Shown one piece after another: positions 10,634-21,480 of a stretch of 64,000 nt of DNA; the stretch's first letter is position 1, and every line of letters starts with the position of its first letter. The notes beneath the pieces were generated by a model. The model ran no database searches and had not been told where the DNA came from. It was given only the letters and a program-made list of their open reading frames with translations. Source of the stretch: Balanoglossus misakiensis (Eukaryota; Animalia; Hemichordata); contig CM082580.2 of the NCBI GenBank assembly GCA_040954595.2, forward strand, positions 5,771,419 through 5,835,418, given 5' to 3'. Both the position numbers and the translations under genes were made by a program.

Positions 10634-12751
10634 ACAATCACAATGAAGTAGCAGTCGGTACCCAGTTCAGTCATTGCAAATATCCATTTTGTGGAAGCTT
10701 CAGGTCTGACTGGCAAAATACACTTTTGATCTCATGCACTACAACATCAGACACAACAATATTTTTTTTAATTGGAGAAATGATTGTTTTAAATCATAAA
10801 TTCATAACATGATTAATTGGATTCAAGTAGTGTTTGTTTCTTGTAAATCCTTTATGACCATATAACTAGTTTTCAACATTTTTATTATTTTATTTCACTT
10901 TAGAAATATGTAAGGATATGACCAGCAATAGTTACAGTCGGAACTACTGTAGTGGTGTATTGTATACATAAGTATATTTCCAAAATTGTAGACATATATT
11001 TACCAATTGTGACAGATTGGATAGAAAGCTCTAGCAAAAGATTATCATGATTATCGAATTAAATTTTACTAAACCATTTTCATTTCCGTGGTTCCCCAAA
11101 CACTTTCATCAATAGTTTCATTTTTTTAAAATTCTCATCATTTAATGTATATTCAACTATACCTTTTTACATTTAAATCACATTATTTCAACCATTTCAC
11201 AACCATAGAAGGTCAGGCCAGCCAAACCTACCATGAGAACATGGCCGTTATGTGAACATATGTCAATTTAGAATTTGTTAGAAGAATTAGAATAAAACAA
11301 TGAACAACGCTTATCATGTCACTTTAGTTTATTTTTGCAAAATTTGAAAGATCACGATCAAATTCTGTACATAGTTACAATATTAAATAACAACTGTTTG
11401 CATATCACACACATGTAGGATTTGAGTATCTCTGTGGGCCCAAGGTAACCATGGTAATTACCTGGCAAAGCTGATAACATTTGACATTATTTTGTTTATT
11501 TTAATTTCTTTGATGGTCTTTTCATGTTGTTCTCACTGAATTATGCCAAGTGACTACTTCTTTCACCTCAGCCACAAATGGGTATGATGAGAATACAATA
11601 CGTCTACATGATAATTTTTGGTACTGACAAAAAATGAAACGGTTTGTGTGTAATATCCATGTATGGGTTGTGAACTGAGCCCTGACAACCGTGTCAGTGA
11701 GCATGTTTCTGTATCTGTAGAATACCATATAAATGTCATAAGTTAGCAACTTTTGTCCCTTTAATCTCTGGTGGCCGTGACTGTACTTTCACTGATAAGG
11801 TGCTTTCATTTTCTTTCTTTTTCTTAATGATATTTCCTTTCATGATATTTTTTGCATGGTAGCTGCATGGTTCAATCTAAACTTGTTTGAGCATCATTAT
11901 GGTTTGGAAACCAAACAGCGCCACCAAACCTCAAATACTTGTGGCCTTTTGTTTTTATATAGCAGGCTTTAAGAAACCACACTTGCAATTGTTAGATTTT
12001 ATGTCTTGTTTATCAACATGCTACTGATATTTACTCTGTAATTTATCTTGACCAAAGTTATGTGATGTCCACATCACTCATTGCCGAAACAGGGTTGTTA
12101 TTTAGATCTGTAATATTTATCAGTATATGACACTGACAGAATAGTGTAGTATACAATGGCATATTTAAATTATTATAATAGAAATCACACCAAATTAAAG
12201 CACAGAGTGATACGTTATGTAGCACTTGATTATCATCCAATTATTATCAAAAATTGTAAACAGCAAATCTCAAAATACACGCTGCAAACAGCACAAACAT
12301 TGTTTACATCATCAAGGGAGAATGTATGACAGGCATGCTATTTTTGTAGTCACCAGCAGTTGGTGGCCATATATGGTGAGAAATTTGCTAGTTTTGGTAT
12401 TCCACTTTACTGCAGAATGGAGGTAGAATTATTTATCAGCAACTGATGTGCACAAGGAAATGATATAGTATATCTCACCTTGGGATTAGAAACTTTTTTT
12501 CAAGTTTGAAAAGTTGACATTTTGCAAAGTTAATTTATGAAAGATATATAAAGGTCCACAACTGTGTAACAGCTTCACTTAAAATCTCCCCACGAAAAAG
12601 TGGACTTGCTGATATGTAAATTACATGATACCAAAACAACAACCAGTTTCTTAAACGTTCACCAAGAAACAACTGCTGCGTTGAAGACTTGGCAGAATTC
12701 AAGAAAGAGTCTGGCATATCTACATCTTTTGTGTTTGGAGACATACAAGGA

Positions 12752-14596
12752 ATGGCGCAAGCAAGGTAGACTTATAAATTCCTATAATTGCAGTGATCAT
12801 AAATATATATGACGGTCATAATATGCTGATGATTAAAGAGAATTAATGAGATAAAAATAAAAATTTCTCTATTAATTATCGAGTTCAGAATCCCCTAAAA
12901 CTGTATATTTTCTTAAAGCTGAGATATAGGAGAACATTTTGGTTACTTCAGTGTGACTATTATTTGCACAACTATCACGTGACAAGCAATTACCTTCCAA
13001 AAACAGGTTTTCTCGATGTTTTGTGTTAACGCTTTGAGATATCTGGCTTAAATTTGTGTGAATGCAAGCTAGCTGTCGTAACTCTGTATCACAGAGTTTT
13101 TTCAAAACTATCTAGCCTAATTGATAGATCAAACTTTCGATAGACCAGGTCACCAGGGTTTACTAGTATTCACTGCTCCGGAAACTCTCTAAATAAATCT
13201 CAAACTCTGGTCTAACACCATTTTGATGTTTCACACCCAGCTTGAGTTATTGGCTGATTATGAGTATGCTGCTTGGATTTGTCCACACCAACACTGCACA
13301 AGTGACTGATGGGGACCAATGTGTGAGTATTTGCCCGGACTCATGGCCTGATATGAGAACTGGTCAAACGGGAATGCAAGGCCAACCAGGTCCAATTGGA
13401 AGACAAGGTAATACTGCCCTCTTTTGGAGAAACTTAGTTTCTTTGCCTTGTGTAGCAAGGATGTTCGTTTGGTACAAATGAAGCTGAGTGATTGAACTTC
13501 TGTGAGTGGACCAGAGGCATGGGTGTATCTGTATGTAGAACTTTTGAAAAACAAATTCTGCCTCCAGATGTAATTTAATAGCCTACACTTAAGGAATCAT
13601 AATCTGAAGTTGAGACACAAAACAGATATTTCAGTGAATAAAAATAACAAAACTGTCACTAGCTGTCTCTTGAGTTCTGGCACATGACTTACTGGCAATT
13701 GTTCTACTTTTTGTAGGTCAGCCTGGTGTGATAGGTCCTGTAGGGAGTCCAGGGGTCAAAGGTGAACCAGGGGAGAAGGGAGAGAAGGGCAATTTGGCCG
13801 CCAAAGGAGAAACAGGTAGTTGTCATCAATAACAAGATAATCATGCAAGAATACAACTTTTAAAAGTGGAAAAATGCTACAAAATGTTTTAATAATTAAG
13901 AAAAACATTTCAAAGTAGAATTCTTTCCATTTTTAAAGAGTTGAAATATGAGACTTTTGAAGACCCAACGTATATGTACATGCCCTGCAGGTATTATCTG
14001 ATCAGCAAATTGTTTTGTCTTGAACACTTGAAGGTCACCCTGGTGTCAAAGGTCAAACTGGTTTTCCTGGAAAGATTGGTCCACAGGGTCCAACAGGTGA
14101 GAGTGGCCAGAATGGAACTGATGGTGTCAAGGGTGAAACTGGAGAAGTTGGGGTCAAAGGTCAGAAAGGTGAAGTGGGTGAAGTACAGCAAGCCAAGGTG
14201 GCATTCTGTGTAGGAAGGAGATCTGAGGTCATTGGGACCAATGAATGGCAAACTATCACCTATACTCATGTGATAGTACAAGAAGGTGCCAATATTGATA
14301 TCAACACTGGTGTGTTCACTTGTCAAGTTCCAGGCATCTATTATTTCTCTTTCTCATTCCGTTCATACAATGGTAAATACCTGTCCATACGGCTCAAACA
14401 GAATGATGAATACAAGTTTGAACTTCGTCGGCCAACTGCTTCAGGATATGATGTTCACTCACAGAGTGGCATGTTACACCTGAACCAAGGTGACCATGTC
14501 AAATTAGTGATGCCCAGTGGTGCCAGTTACCATACATACTTTTGTAATCAAGAGCATTGCAACACATTCAATGGGTTCCTAGTCTACCCTGACTAA
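12752..14596 (+). CDS. Secreted collagen-C1q domain protein, copy 3, ~280 aa
   Basis: Exons 12752-12765, 13241-13407, 13717-13815 and 14034-14596. The ATG used by copies 1 and 2 is TTG here (13242), but an in-frame ATG lies in the upstream exon (ATG GCG CAA GCA AG|C TTG, giving MAQASLSYWL...). Confidence 0.88.
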
Positions 14597-16305
14597 ACAA
14601 TCACAATGAAGTAGAAGTTGGTACCCAGTTCAGTCATTGCAACCATCCATTTTGTGGAAGCTTCAGGTCTGACTGGCAAAATACACTTTTGATCTCATGC
14701 ACTACAACATCAGACACAACAATATTTTTTTTAATTGGAGAAATGATTGTTTTAAATCATAAATTCGTAACATGATTTATTGGATCCAAGTAGTGTTTGT
14801 TTCTTGTTTGTTTTCTAGAAATCCTTGATGACAATATAACTAGTTTTCAACTTTTTTATTATTTTATTTCACTTTAGAAATATGTAAGGATATAACCAGC
14901 AATAGTTACAGTCGGAACTACTGTAGTGGTGTATTGTATACGTAAGTATATTTCCAAAATTGTAGAAATATATTTTCACCAATTGTGACAGATTGGATAG
15001 GAAGCTCTAGCAAAAGATTATCATGATTATCGAAATTAAATTTTACTAAACCATTTTCATTTCCATGGTTCACCAAACACTTTCATCAATAGTTTCATTT
15101 TTTTTAAATTCTCACCATTTAATGTATATTTCAAATATACCTTTTTACATTTAAATCACATTATTTCAACCATTTCACCACCATAGGTCAGGCCAGCCCA
15201 ACCTACCATGAGAACATGGCCGTTATCTATACAGCACTGTTCTTTAAAAATTTATGTGAACATATGTCAACATATGTAGAATTTGTTAGAAGAATTAGAA
15301 TAAAACAATGAACAACAGTAATCATGTCACTTTAATTTATTTTTCAAAAATTTGAAAGATCACGATCAAATTCCGTACATAGTTACAATATTAAATAATT
15401 GTTTGCATATCACACAAATGTAGGGTTGAGTATATCCCTTGGCCCAAGGTAACCATGGTAATTATCATGACAAAGTTGTTAGATAACTTTTGACATTTTT
15501 TTGTTCAATTTAATTTCATTTGATGGTCTATTCATGTTGTTCTCACTGAATTATGCCAAGTGACTACACTTAAGCCACACATGGGTATGATGAGAATACA
15601 ATACGTCTGCATGATAATTTTTGGTACTGACAAAAAATTAAACGGTTTGTGTGTAATATCCATGTATGGTTGTGAACTGAGCCCTGACAACTGGTCAGTG
15701 AGCATATTTCCGTGTCAGTAGAACACCATATACCGGTAAATGTCAAAAGTTAGCAACTTTTGTCCCTTTAATCTCTGGTGGCCGTGACAGTACGTTCACT
15801 GCTTTCATTTTCTTAATGATTTTTTCGTTCATATTTTTTGCATGGCAGCTGTGTGTGTTTGAATCTGAAGTTGAAATGTCTTCTTAATGCTTCTGCTGAT
15901 GATGCTTGGAAATCATTACAGACGAAGGAGGTAGACAACATTTCTTTAATGAACGCGTCTTTCTTCAACAATGTATAATAGGGAAACGAGAAACAAAAAT
16001 GTATACATCTCTCAATGTGCAAGACACATCCCACAGCACTTGTTGAAAACCAGTTTGCATTTTATTTAAATACGTCCACTTACAAAGTAAATTTTGCTTT
16101 CCAACAAGCTTCACAAAGATTTTTCTTTCATGGGCAACTTTCTTCTCTAAAAATAAACAAAAAAACAAAACAAAAGTGAACAGAACGCGACAATATGTTG
16201 GGAACACGGATTTTGTTGTACGACCAGGCGGCAAATGGATCTTGCCAACCATCCACACATCTGACAGCTGAAAAGTTGTGCAAACAGAATCCCTTGGGTT
16301 CCTTG

Positions 16306-19300
16306 TTAATACATCGTGTCTGTATTGGACCCCCTCGGTTTTTTTATCTTTTCCAAATTCTTCGTTATCAGGTCGTACAGCGATGACTGCAGTAAATAGA
16401 AAGAGAACAAGGTTGAGATTTAGAATTGCACCCACATAATGTACTATGGCGTACATACCACGTACAGAAAATGCATTTTGGACGTTAGCGCAAGCTTGTA
16501 TGCGCTCCTAGATGTTCTATATGCGAATTAACCCGCCCCTCATCTTACTCATGAATATTGGACCATATTGGCATTGTATGCAGTATGAAAGTTCCATTCC
16601 TTATCGACAGGCACAGCGACTGCCATAGAGTCTAGGTTGAGATCAACAACTTCCTGCTTTTCATTCAAGTCATATGAATATTTTTCGTTCGATTACACCT
16701 AGTCAGACCCACGGCCAGACAACTATCATTCTGTGTCTGAATTTTTGAGTCTGAATCAAAAAAAGACACCCAAAACCTTCCACAAAGACAAACAATTTGC
16801 TCACGTAATGATTTCTCAGTTCCAAGAGCACGAGTCGCAGACTGACGAACTCCTTCTCGTCCAGTTCGATAATTGTCTGTCTGTAGTCTTCTACGTGAGG
16901 GTACTTGGCTACTTTGGAAACTATTTTGCCTCTGGTGATGAAGTAGCGCGACACCTGGTCCAAGTACGACGCTGCCTCGCTCTCCACCTGTCGGATTTCA
17001 CTCAACGTATCTTCCTGCAGTGGAGGAAACAAACAAACAAATCCACCGTTAAAGGGACAAAGTCTCTCTCTCCTCGCTGCCATTTTTCCATTAATTATGT
17101 TTGATACAAGACACCATTTATGTTATTCTACATGTGAATATATAGTGAATCAACGTTCGACCACACACAACTTCCGTCCCGTTTGTAGGATATGAGAGAA
17201 AAAATCTTGCCAAAATGAATAAATGGTAGAGACGAATTATTCATTTTGGCCAGTTTTTCACTCTTGTCTCTACAAGTGGGATGGAAGTTGTGCGTGGTTG
17301 AACGTTGATTCACTATATATTCACATGTAGAATAACATAAATGGTGTCTTGTATCAAACATAATTAATGGAATAGGGGCAGCGAGAGAGAGACTTTGTCC
17401 CTTTAAACTTACAGACTGTAAACCGGCAAATACAGCAGAAAAACATCAGTTTCAACACTACCATCCTTCCTCTTTTCAATAAAATACACTTGCACCAGTT
17501 ATTACGTGGACATTTCACATACCTGGACGGAAACTCCAAAATTATTCCCGTCTTCAATTTTTGGTATCGAAAGCTGAACCCACATCTTGATGAGGTTGCA
17601 CTTGTCGATGAGGGTGCAGATGCTCGGTTTTAGCGTCGCCACCATTCCGAGGATATGGTGATTACACGGTACAGTACCACCGGGCAGACTGATCACTTTC
17701 GTGCCTGACGTGGACGCAAGCATGAAAGAGAAACAAGTCATTGTCAATGACACAGTCCACGCTGGGGTAAGAGATTACAGATTCGGGGGAATCATTATGG
17801 AATGAAACCAGCCACGGCAGGGTTGAAAAAAAAATGGCTATGAAAATGGTTCCAACAAAGTATTGATTAAACTGGCACTACTTTCTAGTGAACCACCATA
17901 TTGCATTGACAAATTAGCATGCATCGTACTACATTGTCCTTGTACCAAGTCTGAATGGAATTCAATGGTTCTTGACAACAGTGAAAAAATTATAACAACA
18001 TGGCTACCCAGTAGCCACACTGGATTGTATCACAAATTAATTGATGTGCATGGGTACACATCATGGTATGGCTGAACTGTTTGGTAATTCTGAAATTCTT
18101 AAACCGAAAATCATGTCAGGTCGTTAAGTCAGCTTGCAGTGGATAAATTAATTGTGGGTTTAACCGTACTAATAGTTCAAATGATTCACACTTTACCCTG
18201 AATACTGTCATTTTCCTCGACCTTTCTTTTCTTCAGCGGCGGATTTCCCTGTGGAGATAAATAAAATACGACTACACTCAACTTCAGTATCTGTAAAAGA
18301 CACCTTTAAAGGTATACGGTCACCTATGGAAAATTAGCTTATAGTTACCATGGCAATTTGAGATCTAGCCAATCACAGATTTACAGTGGGTGGCACACGC
18401 GAAAAAAAGAGCGCCAGCATATGTTCTTTAGAATGCCCAAATACTCCATTTCAGCCATATATGGGCGTATGTAAATTGGGGGTGACTGTATACCTTTAAG
18501 GGAATTATTAGAACACAATGTTCAATTTGACCTGACACCACACTCCTATTGGGATAAACTAAGTGTAATCTCAGTCTTACCTCATGACTGTTGATAAGTA
18601 CGGGATCTGGTACAGGAATGTTCAGTTTCACATTTATTTTGCTCATATTGCTCATGCTGAACATTTCCCCCTGACAAGAAAAACAAAACATCAATAAGTT
18701 GTAACAGCCAATTATTTGCACTCTTACAAGACTCATTAGCAAACATTTGAGACACAACAGCCGATTGGCTTATAGCAACGGTCGCTGCAACATACTAGCC
18801 TAAAGAAACACCTTTGACAATATCTTCTCTTGGAAAAATTTTTCCACTACAATGGCAGTTTCAACATTGTTATTCAACAAAAAACAGCCATGTGTAACTT
18901 CAAAACGTTCCAGGGCAACAAATGACAGGCCTTCTCAGATTCCAAAATTATAATTGAACAGGAAATTTTATCCTGAGATGTGCACTTACCTTGGACATTT
19001 CATCCAATTCTGTTACTTTATTCGGAAAGAATTCCATTACTTGCTTTTCTGCCTGTAAAGGAGAATGCAATTGAAATCTGAAAAATATCATGAAATCAGA
19101 AAATGATTCCTTTTGCTACTTTTTATAAAATATGCACCAATATACTTCTTATTTGCCAAGTTGTGTTAAAGTTGAACCACATCACCATACTGTTACATGT
19201 AAGAATGATGGAATTGCACCAAGCTTAGGTAGTAAAACAAGTATTGTTTATGCACTGTTCTAAATGAAATTAAAAAAAAGATCCTAATTAAACATCTGTT

Positions 19301-20179
19301 GTTGAGTTCGACTTGTAGATTAGAAATGCCAGAAACAGAAATTCATGATTCAAACACTTACTCAAACACATGTGTTTTCCATAAAACTCCCCAAAATTCA
19401 TACTCACCTCTGCGAAAAATTCATCTTTAAATTTTGCCATCTGTGGAAAAAATTAATCTGTGTTAATGTATTCTACCTGTGAAGTTTGAGAGTACTAGTA
19501 TATGGTTGTAGTAGACAAAATTGGAACAATCAAAAGAACGCTTTTATACATCAAGAGACCAAGTGTTCGAAGGGGCAATGGATTTTCAAACTGCTATGGT
19601 TATCGATGTCACTGCATTTGTAGTCTGGAATTTGATGTCTGTCTGAACACTGGGGGGTAAGGATTTCATTTATTTGCTTGTTTGTTTCCTTATGTATTGA
19701 TTTGTTTTTATTTATTATGTCGAATGCACTTAACAAACAAACAAGTAAATAAATAAATTATTGGCAGTCAGTGTGTGGAGTGACCGTGCATGTACATAAA
19801 CACAAGCAGTTCTTTATTGATTGTGTTTATATAGACTTATAGACTTGCAAATGGTACATTTCTTCCGGTGAGGTGTCTGGTCATGTAAATATAAATAAAC
19901 ACATCTGTCTATTCACATGTCGCACAATCTCGAGCCATAAAGCCCCGGCGGTAAAAACGAGCCAGTGTATCCAAAGAACTGTGATCCAAACAGTGTCCCT
20001 GTGAATGTAACATTTCACAGATCACACGAAGATGTGTACCATGGATGATTGTATACACATCCGGTTTGGTCCACGGCCCCACGCTTCCAGATGTCCTGGC
20101 AAAGAAAAGTGATTCATCTTTCAACTCAGCGTTCCGCTTTGGTCTTTACCTTATCGACTTTGTCTTCTGCCATTCCCAT
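16306..20179 (-). CDS. PSME3: Proteasome activator complex subunit 3 (PA28-gamma/REG-gamma), ~246 aa
   Basis: Exons 20179-20150, 19440-19408, 19052-18990, 18670-18581, 18248-18197, 17704-17523, 17014-16805 and 16386-16306 join in frame. Motifs include LNIPVPDP, an NLS-like PLKKRK insert, MWVQLSIPKIEDGNNFGVSVQE, RGKIVSKVAKYPHVEDYR and the C-terminus LYDLITKNLEKIKKPRGSNTDTMY. A start at 20173 is also possible. Confidence 0.95.
17053..17402. mobile_element. Palindromic TTAA-specific MITE (Kolobok-type termini), family A, in a PSME3 intron
   Basis: TTAA|AGGGACAAAGTCTCTCTCT...AGAGAGAGACTTTGTCCCT|TTAA with long inverted arms covering most of the element. A second copy lies at 39946-40292. Confidence 0.85.
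18310..18495. mobile_element. TTAA-specific MITE (Kolobok-type termini), family B, in a PSME3 intron
   Basis: TTAA|AGGTATACGGTCACC...GGTGACTGTATACCT|TTAA. A homologous copy in opposite orientation lies at 29065-29250. Confidence 0.82.
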
Positions 20180-21480
20180 CAACAATCGCCCCCTGTACTA
20201 GCACGGTTTTAACGTGTAGGATCCAACACCACCGGCGACTCTCCAGTCTTTATGTATGTTGCAATGTGCGCCAATTTTCCAATATCTGAATATTCACGAG
20301 GCATGCCCTTTGACCTCCGACCCCGGCCGCGGTCACCCGATGAACGTGAGAGGCGCTGTTTACAGGAGTAGAGATGATGAGAGAGAGAGAGAGATGCAGA
20401 AAAAGATGATATGTGCTAAGAACTCAGATGTCCACAGCGACGAATCCACACAATTATGGCGCAATATGTGGTGCGTTGATCAGGTAGTATTATTACGTTG
20501 AATGTTGATCTATGTAGCGATGCCGACGAATGATTGATTTAGCTAGGCTTTCCTCTTCGACTTCTCGAGATGCGATGTGTCCATGATGGACCCGAATTGC
20601 CCCAATAAAAAGAGAAAATGGGACAAGTACTGGGCATGACAGCGTCTCCTTGATTATCGAAAACATGTGTGAAAGGCGCCGTACGAAACGCACCTTCCAG
20701 TACTTCTTGTTCTATCGTGCATCGGCAGTGCGCGACCTGACACCGTATGTGGCCGGGCGAATCATCGATTGATCAATGCCCTGTATGCGCTAGGCACGGG
20801 CAGGACGTCAGCCACCGACCGCGGGAGTGCCGTGCATGAATGAATATACGTCAACTGTCACACACTCTGCTGACCTCCACACAGTACATGTATTACTAGT
20901 CCCGCTCGCAACGTGCCCTACATTCTTGGTGTTATGTGTCCAGGGCAGATGTTTTAACTGCCGCAGTACAGCCAGCGAACATTTCGCCATGTCAACCAGT
21001 ACAAGTAGACGTCAGTGAGGGTAGGTAAACCATGAAAGTGCCCTTTCTCTATCTCTCATCGAAACTTAGGCATTTTTCTGCTCTTGCGTAGAACTTTTGC
21101 TAAATCAAAACATGGGAAATGTGTAATGAATAATGTGTACCATGTAAATCGTTTATGCAAATGTAAATTTATTGGATCTTGCAAACACTCTTTTTATTTA
21201 ACATTTTTTGTTGTTGTTAGGATTAATATGTCTTGTTTTTCACGATTATGGCTACAGAAATACATGGATACCTAAAATCTGACCAATCACAGCTGCATGG
21301 TAAAAAGCGGATCATTGCATGAGATACACTGAGAAACGACACCTCTTTTACATGTTGAATAAATGGGCATGTGTAAATTTTAGGTTACTATACACCTTTG
21401 ACATACTATATACTTTGCTTTTGTTTCTACAGTGCATATGTTTTACCTATCACACCAGCAGCTACTCTTGCAAAGTGAAT

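Larger units (their letters stand above)
2813..15860. repeat. Tandem segmental triplication (~4.0-4.8 kb units) carrying C1q genes, plus a short fourth partial unit
   Basis: The unit start ACCATATAAATGTCAAAAGTTAGCAACTTTTGTCCCTTTAATCTCTGGTGGCCGTGAC recurs at ~2816, ~6896, ~11724 and ~15725. Introns and flanks align almost base for base between units. Confidence 0.95.

Noticed and set aside
13242-13244. C1q copy 3 as a pseudogene or non-AUG gene because its ATG is TTG
   Set aside because: An in-frame ATG exists in the upstream exon (12752), and all downstream exons are intact.
21319-21480. N-terminal extension of the 410-aa glycosyltransferase ORF
   Set aside because: It runs through AT-rich intron-like sequence ending in a splice acceptor at ~21432. 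The ATG at 21481 gives a proper type II signal anchor.
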